A stretch of DNA of 64,000 nt from the human T2T-CHM13v2.0 reference genome, Homo sapiens. The notes under the pieces are model-generated. The model made no database searches. It was given only the letters and a program-made list of their open reading frames with translations, and was not told the DNA's origin. Positions 1 to 12,630 of this stretch are shown one piece after another; the first letter of the stretch is position 1; each line of letters starts with the position of its first letter. A program made the translations under genes and the position numbers. The DNA lies in the NCBI RefSeq assembly GCF_009914755.1, contig NC_060926.1; one strand, given 5' to 3'.

Positions 1-999
1 TTGGATTGTCTACAAATAAGAATGAGCTTGTTTATAATTGAGATTTTAAAAACTTACATAGACTCTAAGAACACAAGATTTTAAATATAGCTCACTAACA
101 TATTTTTTATGTATTTTGATGAAAAGTTATGTTTGGCACCAAAAATGTGAAATTACCAGAAAAAACTAAATTTGTCATTTCATAAATGGAGTTCTTTTTC
201 TAATACCTCTCTAAAAAACTGATGATAGAAAAATTTTCTAAATACTAATAAAAACTGTTGCAAACTAGAAAAAGAGAGACTATTCCTAACCTGCTATCTT
301 GTATAAGCAACTCATTCTTGGGTTGTTACTAAGAAAATCTTGATCACTCTCTACTTCTAATTATCCAATGATTTAATAATCAGGTATTTTGCTACATGGA
401 TCCTATGCCCTGATTAATTTTCTTTAGTCTAATTAAATTCAATTAAACTATGCAGGGAGTCATCTTCGCTTCTTTGCATATTTTTTCCTCACCAACTCTA
501 ACTAGCCTCCTTATTCTTCCTTAGTCTCATCAAATTTGCTGCTTCAAAGCATTCACAAATGTGATAAGGTATGTGAAAACTAGTATTTTGCACAGCATGG
601 TACACATATAACACTGATAGCGATTCAAGGGTATAGAGAAAAACTTTTTTTCATTTTTATAATTATATTCTTTATTTTAGTGTAGATTAAGAGAATAACA
701 AGAATTACCACATCAAGGACATCCTTTCATGAAAATTATTGCTTAGAATGAGTTTAGGAGTTTAGATCCTCCATTACCTTGTGCTCTAGAAGGCAACTAA
801 ACTTAAACCAAATAGGGAGGCCAGTTGTCCCTTGGTTTGCAATCACTTCTATATTCCCTAATTTTCAGCACTAATGTCATCATGCCTCACACTTCTGTTC
901 ACTTCCAACAGCGCTAGAAGCTCAACCATCTTGGATTCTCTAACATCTTATTAATTATCATCTTCCAAATATTCCAAATACTCCATACAATCCCTAATA

Positions 1000-1650
1000 A
1001 ATTCTGCCCCCCGCCCCTCCCCACAACTTCCTTCCTAAACCATTTCACAATACTTTTGAGAATTCTCACTGCATCCAAAGAACGTGTCCTTCTATCTTCA
1101 AACTCATCTATGATTTTCTTCACTTCCATACTCTTAGTGAAAACTTGATCTCTCCTGAGACTATTGTTCCCCTGCTATGTTCAAATAAAACCTAGGGTGC
1201 TTTTTCTTTTCTTTTTCTCCCACACCTCATGTGCCTTTAGGACCTGTAGCTACAATAAGTGTTTTATTTGTCCACTACTGGTCCTTCCTGTCTCTACCCT
1301 TTCCTCCTTAAAAAACAACTCCTTTAAAGCACCTTATCAAATTTTACCATCCTTTACTTCTTTTTATTGTCATTTGCTAACTTCTTGATCACATTATATC
1401 ATTTATGGATGATGTCAGCAACAAGCTGCTGACATCTCTGCCAGTGTTCTTGGAGATTTCCACTGTCCATCCCAAGCCTGGCCTTTTAGTTCCTCTGGTC
1501 ATTAAAAATTATCTTTTCTTTTATTTTGATCTTTAGTCACTGCCATGTCCTCTGACTTTCTTGTTGAATACCATCATTTCTTATTTGCATATTTTCTCTC
1601 AAAACTTTATCCATTCCACTCTTTCGTCAGAACTATACCTTCTAGTCTAT
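1000..1650 (+). mobile_element. Degraded LINE-2 internal fragment
   Basis: Pyrimidine-rich sequence resembling the L2 ORF2 region (ctcttagtgaaaacttgatctctcctgag); L2 sequence resumes after the Alu. Boundaries approximate. Confidence 0.45.
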
Positions 1651-1651
1651 T

Positions 1652-1967
<316 letters not shown>

Positions 1968-1979
1968 TCCATCCATTCT

Positions 1980-2600
1980 TCATACATCAGCTAGGTGGAT
2001 TTCCCAGAAGTGTAAATCAGATCATGCTACTCCCATGTATAAAGCACTCTAGTGGTTCCACATTCAACTTATTAAAATATCCAAATCCCTCACCATGGCC
2101 TATATACTTTATTTCTCCTGTGCCTTTACCTCTGACCATATATTCCTCTACTCAACTCTTCATCTTCTATAATTAGTTACACTGCTATATTTCTTTCCTC
2201 AAACACTCAAACTAATATGTATCTCAGAACTTTTGCAACTGCTATTCCTTCTGTTTGGAATACCCTTCCCCTTTGAATGAGTGTCTAGTGCTCATTATTC
2301 AGGTTTCACTAATATTTTAATTCTTCAGATCTACTGGTTCCAATTCCTAGATAAATCAGGTCCCTTGTCTCAGATAACTCCACTACATCACCTTGCTTTA
2401 TTTGCTTTATGGCACTCTTTGGTGTCCAAAGCTACTCTTTTTATGTACTTGTTTTGTGTTTGTTGTTTTATTTCCTCCCTCTAGAATATACTAAGTTCAT
2501 TGAAGGCATGAATTCTGTTCTGTCACATGATATGTTAAATGCTTAAAACAGTGAGTAGAATGTTGTATATATTCAATAAATATTTATTGGATGATTAAAG
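1980..2600 (+). mobile_element. LINE-2 3' end
   Basis: aaatcagatcatgctactccc...tagtggttcc motif and an L2-like terminus (ttcaataaatatttattggatgatt). Confidence 0.75.
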
Positions 2601-4212
2601 TAGATAACATTGTTAGGCTTCAGTTTATTTATATAAGCTAGTTTTTAAAAGCATATAAAATTGATTTCCATTTTCAACAGTATATCAGAAAAACTCTGTG
2701 ATTAATGTTCATGCTTCAAAATAACTAAAAGCTCTTATTGAATTCTTTTATGATATTTTTAATTTTATTGCAGAGATGTCAAGAAAGTAGGAAAAATACC
2801 AGGAAGCCAAAATAAGGGAAAGGAAGAATCTAGGAAGGTAACTATTATCTGAACTTGACAGCTACCCTGAGGTCATCTACCAATCCATGTTTATGGTGGG
2901 CTTAAATTTGAACATTTGCTCACTGTGTAGATAACAAGACATAAAATCTAGAGTTTACCAAACTTTGAAAATATGACAACTTGAAACTTAGAGCCTCAAG
3001 AGACTATGCTTCCAGTAAACTACACTCAACAGAAGTACACAGTGAATATTTTTTCCTTTAGCTTGTTACCAGGTAGAGGAAGGACAAGACTTTTCATGAG
3101 AACTAAAAATCACAAGCCACCACTGATGTAGAGCTGTGACTCAAATTAAGTTACCTGAGCCATCTGTAAAATGCCAAATACAGAACAAAAGTGATACAGG
3201 GTTTCACCTAGCTTTCCCTAGGGCTTGACGTATGCAGGAACTACTTCTCCTTGGAAAAGAAAATAAATCTTCCAAGAAGGGCTCATAATGTTCTCCTAGA
3301 TAAAGTTATATTGACTATGAGCACACACTCACAAAACACACACAAGAATAAGGTATCATGAATGAAAGGCAGTAGGAAAAAAAGGATGGAATCTTTACAA
3401 TTTCAAATATTTTAAGTATTGGGATGACCTGTCAAAAACTATGAGACAACTATAATTATTTTGCTTACAAATGTAAAAACCATCGTAAGTACATACAAAG
3501 ATTTAGAAACTTTAAAATGGCTGACAAATTTGGAAAAGAACAGTCTTATGGAAATTAGAAATGTAATACTTGAAATTAAAAACTTAATAGATGTGTTCAA
3601 TAGCAGATAATGCAGCTAAAGGTAATTTTAAAAATTAGAGGGTAGATATAAGAAATGTAACGAAAAGGCAGCCTTGATGGTCAGAAAGATTTAAAATCTG
3701 AAAGAGCTTAAGAATTATAGAGGATAGAGTGAGAAGTTATATGTTCAGGTGGATATCAAGTAAAGGGTCATAGAGAAAGATAAGCAGAAAATAATTAAAG
3801 GGATTATTTAGATTTTTTTAGATTTTTGAAGATATTTTAGAGTTTTCTAAAAGCATTGAAAGATGTGACTGTTTAAACTCAAAAGTCAAAATGAATCCAA
3901 TGTAGAGCAAATAAAATGTAGACTGACTTACATTCATTAATAAAATGATGTAACTTAGATACATCACTGAAAAACTGCAGGACTCCAAAGACAAGTTAAA
4001 TAAGACATATTAGCTTCAAAGGAATAATAGTATTTCAAAAGCAACAACAGAAGCCAAAAATCAGTGGAATGAATCTTCAAATTGCTGAAAGAAAACAACT
4101 CTCAACATAGAATTATAAATCTAGGAGGTGTACAACTCTTCGGAAAGGTTTCTATTTTGCTATTGCTCTCAAAAGAACAAGACAGAGTTTAATAACAAGG
4201 ACACTTTTAAAG

Positions 4213-4435
4213 CAGTGGTTCCCAAATGGGAGTAATTTTTGGTACCCATATTTGCACCGCTCATTCAGAGAATATGAGAATATTTGGTAATATCTAGAAC
4301 ATTTCTGATCATAATAACTGGAGTTACTAGCATCTAGTGAGTAGAGGTCAGGAATGCTGCTAAACATCCTGTATTGCATAGGACAGCCCCCCACCCAAAG
4401 AATTGTCTCGTCCCAAATGTCAATAGTGCTGAGGT
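4213..4435. mobile_element. MER20 (hAT-Charlie) DNA transposon
   Basis: cagtggttcccaa start; gcatctagtgagtagaggtcaggaatgctgctaaacatcctg and cccaaatgtcaatagtgctgagg match MER20. Confidence 0.85.
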
Positions 4436-4464
4436 AATGTCTAAAGTATGTGCTTAAGAAAGAA

Positions 4465-4772
4465 GGCCGGGAGCGGTGGCTCACACCTGTAATCCCAGCA
4501 CTTTGGGAGGCCGAGGCGGGCGGATAACCTGAGGTCAGGAGTTCAAGAGCAGCCTGGCCAACATGGTGAAACCCTGTCTCTACTAAAAATACAAACATTA
4601 GCCAGGTGTGGTGGAGCGTGCCTGTAATCCCAGCTACTCGGGAGGCTGAGGCAGGAGAATCACTTGAACCCAGGAGGTGGAGGTTGTAGTGAGCAGGAGA
4701 TTGCGCCACTGTACTCCAGCCTGGGCGACAAGAGCGAAACTCGGTCTCAAACAAACAAACAAAAGAAGAAAA
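4465..4772 (+). mobile_element. AluS (Sq/Sp-like)
   Basis: Full dimer from ggccgggagcggtggctcac to gcgacaagagcgaaactcggtctc, with an A-rich tail. Confidence 0.95.
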
Positions 4773-4837
4773 TTGACTCCCAAAAGAATGTTTGAAATGC
4801 AAATGCAAGAAGGGATTATTAGAAAAGATATCCAGTT

Positions 4838-5139
4838 GGTCAGGCATGGTAGCTCATGCCTGTAATTGCAGCACTTTGGGAGACCGAGGCAGGCAGATCA
4901 CCTGAGGTCAGGAGTTTTGAGACCAGCCTGGCCAACAAGGCGAAACCCCACCTCTACTAAAAATACAAAAATTAACTGGGTGTGGTGGCGCATGCCTGTA
5001 GTCTTAGCTACTCGGGAGTCTGAGGCAAGAGAGTCGCTTAAACCCGGGAGGTGGAGTTGCAGTGGGCTGAGATCATACCACTCCACTCCAGCCTGGGCAA
5101 CAAGAGCGAACTCTGTCAAAAAAAAAAAAAAAAAAAAAA
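4838..5139 (+). mobile_element. AluS (Sq/Sp-like)
   Basis: Full dimer ending gggcaacaagagcgaactctgtc plus poly-A. Confidence 0.95.
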
Positions 5140-5570
5140 GAAAAATATTGACTGTATAAACAATTCAAAGGTAAATAATAGATTTAAATTACTAGAAAAT
5201 AATAGGATATAAATTGGGAGGTAATTACATTTCCATTGCCCTGTTATTGTTAAGGAAGCAGGTGAGACAGTGATAAGATTCATACTTTGTCAAATAAGCT
5301 ATGTAGGCTACATTTCCTAGGATAACCTGTAATGATTAGTTTTGCTAAATATTAATGTAGAAAAAAATGAAATAAGACCAAAAAAAACCCTAATTTAAAA
5401 AACACAAGAAAGGTGGAAAAAAATTTCCAAAAAGGTGGAAAAAATCAAAAGCATAAAATAAGGTGAAAGAAATAAAACAAATAAAACAGTAATCATGATA
5501 AATTTAACTTAAAGAAAAAGATTATCAGACTAAGAAGTGAAAATACAAGTTAAAGTAAAAGAGTATACAA

Positions 5571-6400
5571 AAATTTCAAAAGAAGACATATAAGTGGCCA
5601 AGAAACATATGAAAAAAAATGCTCAACATCATTAATCATCAGAGAAATGCAAGTTAAAACCACAATGAGATACCAACTTATACCAGTCAGAATGGTTATT
5701 ATTAAAAAGTCAAAAAACAACAGACATTGGTGAGGATGCAGAGAAAAGGGAACATTTATACCCTATTGGTGGAAATGTAAATTAGTTCATCTATGGAAAA
5801 CAGCATGGAAATATCTCTTAAAACAAAAAAGAGAACCATCATTTCTACTGGATATCTATCCAAAAGGAAAGAAATTATTTTATCAAAAAGACACCTAGAC
5901 TAATATGTTTATTGCAGTACTATTCACAATACCAAAATCATGGAATCAACCTAAGTGTCCACCAATGGATAATTGGATGAAAAATGTGGACTATATATAC
6001 CATGGATTACTATTCAGCCATTAAAAAAATGAAATCATGTTTTTTTTTTTTTGCAGCAACATGCATAGAACTGGAGGACATAGTCCTAAGTGAAATGACT
6101 CAGAAACACAAAGTCAAAAGCTGCATGTTCTTATTTGTGAGAGGTAACCAATGAGTACACATGGACATACAAAGTGAAATAACAGACGTTGGCAACTCCA
6201 AAAGGTGGGATAGTGAGAGGGGACTGAGGGATGACATACTACCTACCTATTTGGTACAGTGTTCTCTATTTGGGTTGTGGGTACACTAAAAACCCAAACT
6301 TCACCACTATGCAATATATCTATGTAACATAACTGCATGACATGCACAACTGTAGCTCCTAAATCTATAAAAATTTTCAAAAAGAGAAAAAAAAGAAATA
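5571..6400 (+). mobile_element. L1PB-like 3' fragment
   Basis: ORF2 C-terminal motif gaaatgcaagttaaaaccacaatgagatacc; PB-type 3' UTR (cccaaacttcaccactatgcaatatatctatgtaac); A-rich tail. Confidence 0.85.
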
Positions 6401-7279
6401 AATATGCTCTAATAAAAAAAGAAGGACCAAGCAAATTGAATCAAAGGAAAGCTGATATAGCTGTATTATTACAAATAATATAGGTTTAAGACCTAAAACA
6501 ATATCTAAAGATACTAGAGAAACTGGAGATTAATTGTTCAAAATATATGATTAAAATTTAATTCACTTTAAACAACTATAAACATACATATAGTAATGAG
6601 ATAGCACAATAAACATAAAGCAGAAATTTACTGAAGTATAACGAAAAAATTACATGTAACTAATGACGTGTAACTAACATATACTTCAATAAACATAAAG
6701 CAAAGATTGACAGAACCACAGGAAAAAAATTGATCAATTCATTATCGTTGTGGGAGATTTTCCTACACAGTACTGATCCTTCAAGCAGACAAAAATATTT
6801 AGACAAAACATTTGACAAACAAAAATAACAGCTTGATTTAATGAAACATACAAAACATTGCCAATATCTACATGAAATATTTACAAAAGGTGGCTAAATA
6901 ATAGGCATAAAGTAACTTTTAGCAAATTTCAAGAGATTGAGTTTATGTACACCATATTTTCTGATCACAATGATTCTGTTAACAATCATTAGTAAAGAAA
7001 CAACTTGAAGATGATCAAATACTTGAAAATTTTAGAAACACACTTGTAAATGTAACTCATGGCTCAAAGAAACAATAATGAAACTTTAAAAATACTTGAA
7101 AACGACCAATAACAAAAATAGTTAAAACCGTGTAGGATACAGCTAAAGTAGTATTTAGAGGGAGTGTAATAACACTAAATATTTTTATTTATTTAAACAA
7201 GATGAATAAACTCAGCAACAAACTTAAGAATGTATGAAATAATAACAAATGTTAATGAAATGAAGAGCAGAAAAAATAG

Positions 7280-7390
7280 AAATAATAGTATTGGCTGACA
7301 CCCACATAGCGATTACTGTATGCTGAGCATTGTTCTAAGTTTTTTATTTTTATTAACTTAAATTCTCCTTACCAGGCATATGATGAATTA
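7280..7390 (-). mobile_element. MIR fragment
   Basis: Reverse MIR 3' end: catagcgattactgtatgctgagcattgttctaag. Confidence 0.6.
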
Positions 7391-8072
7391 CTACACAGAA
7401 TATTAAAATATGATATTTAAAAGTAAGCCCAAATATTCTTTAAAATAAAACAATAAAATAGGCAAATTCTAGTATTTCAAGAATAAAAGAACACACCAAT
7501 AAACAAAATTAAGAAAGAAAAACAGCTCAAATTTACTGATGTGATAGTTTAAATAACAAGACAATAAACCAAACATTTTGAGAATAAAATGCAAATTTAG
7601 ATGCACTGGACTAATTCCTAGTAAAATGTAGCTTATCTAAATTGATTTAAGAATAAATGGAGGAAAAGACGATAATAATTAAAAGGTTGTATCAATACTT
7701 TATAATAGTTCCACATGCAACCAAGAATGTTTACAATTCTACCAAACTTTAAAATAGCTGATATTTGCAATATTTGCAAATTCTATCAGAGTATTCTACA
7801 AAAGGATTATATAAATATTTATTTTTTCTAGACTACAATTGTACTGATGCCAAAAGGAGAGAAGGGCAGTAGTAGAAAGAAAAAATAGATATCAGTATCA
7901 CTCATGGATATATGGTTTTATATAAAATATAGCAAATGGTTTTATGTAAAATATAGCAAATCATATCTAGCAATGTATGAAAAGGACGAAACAACATTAT
8001 CAGTCAGGTTAATCCCAGAAATGTTATTTTGACATTAAGAAATCAATTAGTAGAATCCACCACATATCAGAT

Positions 8073-8435
8073 TGTATTATCTAGTCACAATAATTTATTC
8101 TTTCCCTACCCTGTCATGCTTCTTAATCCCAGGGTCTGGGATTTGGCTACGTGATTTACTTTGGCTGATAGAATGTGAAGAAATAGAAAACACCATGCCC
8201 AATTGCATGATTTGGTTTTCTCCCTTGCACTTTTGCTTTCTGCCATGGGAATACAATGTCCCAGTTAGGGGTTGCTCATTCAGTATGGCCCCTGGAAAGG
8301 GGAGAAATTTGGAGCTCAATCCATATATATTTGACATACAACAATCCTGTAACATGAGGAATAAATGAGTGTTTTTGTTGGAAGCCACCAAGACATTGGA
8401 TTTTTGGTTACTGCAGCAAAACAAATTAAAGCAGC
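8073..8435 (+). mobile_element. MLT1 (MaLR) solo LTR
   Basis: gtgatttactttggctgatagaatgtgaagaa and gaggaataaat...aagccaccaagacattggatttttggttactgcagca are typical of MLT1. Confidence 0.7.
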
Positions 8436-11400
8436 AAAACCTTGTGATAATCTTCAATAGAGCTAAAAATCATTACAACTTAACATCTACTTATATTTTT
8501 TTACAAAGGAAATTAGCAAATTAGAAAATGAAGAAAATTCCTTAATGCTATCTGCCAAAATACCAAACCAAAACAACAAAACATACTTACATAAGTACTT
8601 AACAATTTTTTAGTGATAAAATATAAATTTTATCTTAAAGATTGGAAACAAGAAAAAATGTCCACAATCATCATTGCTAGTAAATATAATCTAGCCTACA
8701 CAGTAAGGTAAAGGAAAAATGAACATGAATTGAAAAAGAAGAATTTGCAGATGACACATTTATATACAAGGAAGGTGGAAAGATAAATTTTTAGAATTAA
8801 TAAGAGTTTAGTATCTTTGCTGAGTACATATTAATATAAAATTCAATCACATTTATATATACTAGAGATAAAAGTGTTAGAGAATGAAGCAAAAATGATA
8901 GTAGCAGAATTATTGAGTAATTAAGTATAATCTAATAAGAGACGTGTGAAACCTTTACGGGAAAAGATTTTAAATTTTAATGAAAGGCATTTAAGAAGAT
9001 CTGAGTAAATGGAACAATATCCACATTCCTGAATAGAAAAAGTCAATATCTTCATTATGCTACTTCTTCCTAAATTGAACCACAGATCCATGTAAGTACA
9101 ATAAAACCCTAACAAGTGTTCTTTGTGAAATTAAAAAGCTTATTCTTAGTTTTTTATAGAAATGAAAAAGCCTATGAATGACTTGAACACTGATTTTAAA
9201 AAAGAATAAATTTAGGGGATCTATCCAAGAGATATCAATATTCATGTCAAGGCTATAATAATTAAAAGAGATGATATAGCAGAGACATAAACAAGTAGAG
9301 CAATTCAACAAAACAGAAATTACAGAAACATTTCCATACATAAGAAAAATGGCTATAGAACAGAAAAGGCACAGCAGATCAGTGCATAAAAAGACAGACC
9401 ATTTTACTCAGAAAAACATCTATATATACTTCAAAGCACACTGAAAAATCAATTCTAGGTAGATTAAAGATCACACATGAAAGGCAAACTGTAAAAGTTT
9501 TAGAAGATAATTTGGAAAATATCTTTATGACCTTGCAATAAGGAAAGATTTATTAATGAAGACTTCAAAAGCATTAATCATGAAAGAAAGTATTGATCAA
9601 TATGATTCTTATAATACACACCTTTTATTCATCAAAACACAACTCAAGAAATTTATAATGACAAACTACAAATTGGAAAAAGGTATTTATAGCAAATAAC
9701 TAACAAATAATTAAGACTACAATAAACAGCCTAATAAAATAGGAAAAACGAGCAGATATTTTATAGAACAAGATATATTATGTTCTGGTTCTACTGATGG
9801 ATGGAAAAACAAAAACAAAACAAACAAATGATATATTATATATGATACACTAAAATACTAAGAGATGATCAGCACAATTATTAGGAAGTGAAATGCAAAT
9901 CAGAGCTCAAATGTGTTAGCATTTTATATTCATTAAGTAGATCCAAAATTAAGAAGCCAAACAGCATCAAGCATTGATAATATGTGGATTTAAAGGAAGC
10001 CCATGGACTCCTGAAGAAAATAAATTGATACAATTACTTGGAAAAATAATTTTGAATTACTTAGTAAAATTAAAGCCTACAGGATTGTTTGGAACAGCAA
10101 AAAGAAAACTAGAAACAATAAATGTATATTAAAGAATATTGGATAAATTGTAGTGTATCCATACAAAGGTATTTCACTTAGGAATAAAAATGAATACACT
10201 ATTGATACACACATCAATACAAGGTAAATCTTAGAGCAGTCATTTGAGTGAAAAATATGCAGGTACAAAGTAAGATGCAATATATTACCACTGATATGTA
10301 ATTCAAAGCCATTCAAATGTAACCATATGGTTTACTGATATCTTATTACTTTTTAAAAAATGAGAATTATTATAAACACAGAAGTACATCAGGTAGGGAG
10401 GACTACTTAAGCTGAGTAGTGGATACTTGCGTATTTTCTGTAATTTACATATGAAAATACTATTTTATACATGTTAATTATTTTACTGAAATTCAAAAAA
10501 TAAGCAAAATTTTGTATGGCAAAAATCATGAAGGTGGCATGCAAAATATTAGAATTAATAGTGTATACAAATAATTTAAGATTCTAGGAAGTTATATGTC
10601 TGTTTACTGCTGGAATTCAATTACTATATTAAATACATAGGTAATAGCATTTCAAAATTAGAAATATGCTATCTGGGACAGAGATGGTTTGATAAGAAGG
10701 CAGTGCTGAACCTTCCTGTATTTAACTCTCATGTCCTTTCCTAAACACCTCCTCTTCAAAATTTAAATTAACTTGAATGCCTAAAAGCAGACACAGTGTT
10801 TGCTTGAATACATTGTAATAGTGATTCTGCTAAAAGGCTACCTTCCATGCAGCCAGGTAGATTTACCTCTAAGGCTCTGCTTCACTTACAGGAAAGCATG
10901 TTAGTATATAAAAAAGTTTGTTAAGGTTTTAAAGATAACAATGAAAGTTATGAAGTAATCTCTTGGTAAATCTCATTGACGGCACCTCCAAATTTCTGTT
11001 GGGTTTAAACAGATAGCAACGTTATGGTAAAACAGGTATAGTTCATGTTCTTATTTGTTTCTGAAATAATTATAAACTTTTTAGCATTTGGGATTCAGAA
11101 CTTAGGGAACCAATCAAGAGAAATACCAAACATTCCAATTCCTCTACTTCCATTGACACAGTTGCATTAAAACAGTATCTGAAAAGGGACAAAATAGAAA
11201 GAACCAATTGAACCTTCCCTAGCAAACAAGGCACTTTCAATTTCTATTTCAATGTCTAGGAGATGCACAACTGTCAGAGTTGACATCCTCTGGAACTTTT
11301 GAGGCAATTTTTAAAGAAATTCAAAACTAAATGGTGCAAACAGAAGTACCTTGGAGAGCTCCAATAGTTACTACAGTTATGGTTTTAAAATTTGAAATAA

Positions 11401-11909
11401 AAATGAAGTCCCCCAGTGTAACTTCACAGAAAAGCTTTCTCTATTCTGTACTACCACATAAGGGTCCATTTTGTGATAGAATCATACTCACTTTCTTGTT
11501 TTGCATGCTTAATGCTTCCCTGGGAAATATTACTCATATCTATGAGTTTACAAGGATATCATTTACGAAAAAAATTTGCTAACTTAGCTTAAATGTAGAA
11601 ATGATTTTTTAAGGAATTAGTTTAAATTAGTTAAAATAATAATAAATTAGTTTATTATTTTGTGCTGATTAATATCAATAATCCCTTAACTTGTGTAATT
11701 GTTTTAAGCAATTTAATTAACTGAATGTAAAATGATTATTTTAAAGGACAGCAATCACAGCAAATCCATAGTGCTAGTAATTTTTGAACAGATTAAGTAG
11801 CAGAAAATATAGAGATTTGGGAATATATACCTCAAAAATGTTTGTTTTATTGTTTGGCCATTAATTCGTTCATTGATTCATACGCATTTTGCCAGTGTCA
11901 TCACATTAT

Positions 11910-12630
11910 TTTTTTAAACATTTTATTAAAGTGTATCACACAGAGGAGTCAGCCAATTGTCATACATAACCTAGTGAATTTTTTACAAAATGAATATATC
12001 TATTTTATCAACAGCCAAATTAAGAAACAGAGTGCCATCAACACTGAAGAAGAATCCTTCATACCTCATTCAAGACCCCATCCCTCAGATACTCTTTTGT
12101 GCCGGCTTCTTTTATTCAGCATTACATTTGAGAGAGCCATCAATGCCACTGCATGGAGTTGTAGTTTGTTCATTCTTATTGCCATATAATATTCCACAGT
12201 ATACTACAACATGTTTATCTATTGTACTCTAGATGAGCATATGTAGTTTCCAATTCAGGGTCATTATGAATAATGCTTATATAAACACTCTTGTAGTTTC
12301 TTTTGGCAGACATATTATGCATTTCAGTGGAATTTACTGAGTCATACGGTACAAATGTGTTTAGCTTAGTAGATTCTGTCAAACATCTTTCCAACCCGGG
12401 TTTATCAATTTACAGTCACATCAAGTAGTTTGTGGGAATCTTAGTTGCTTCACATTCTTACAAATATTTGGTATTTTAGCCATCCCAGTGGATGTGTAGT
12501 TCTATCACTTTTTGGTTTTAATTTGCTTTGTCCCAGTAAGTATCTATTCATTTATTGTCCATTTGAATAGTCTCTTTTTAAAGTGCCAGCTTAAGGTTTC
12601 CTGCTCATTTTTTTCTATTGGATTGTTATC
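11910..12630 (-). mobile_element. L1ME/MD-like 3' fragment
   Basis: Reverse L1M 3' UTR motifs (gtagtttgttcattcttattgcc; ttttaatttgctttgtccc). Confidence 0.7.

Larger units (their letters stand above)
2670..10500 (+). mobile_element. Ancient, long, fragmented L1M (L1ME-like) with ORF1, ORF2 and 3' UTR relics, interrupted by younger elements
   Basis: A-rich sense strand. ORF1-like (gaaattaaaaacttaatagatgtgttcaatagcaga, ~3570), ORF2-like (~6750-9600, e.g. aaatggaacaatatccacattcctgaatagaaaaagtcaatat) and 3' UTR-like (~9900-10500) segments lie in colinear order. Confidence 0.75.

Noticed and set aside
480-1050. C/A/T-skewed sequence resembling a mitochondrial insertion
   Set aside because: No recognisable mitochondrial gene or tRNA; more consistent with L2 or low-complexity sequence.
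4152-4847. Longest ORF (231 aa, minus strand)
   Set aside because: It is a translation of antisense Alu plus MER20, giving a typical Alu-derived pseudo-peptide; not a gene.
8095-8457. 120-aa ORF (minus strand)
   Set aside because: Coincides with an MLT1 LTR relic; no recognisable domain.
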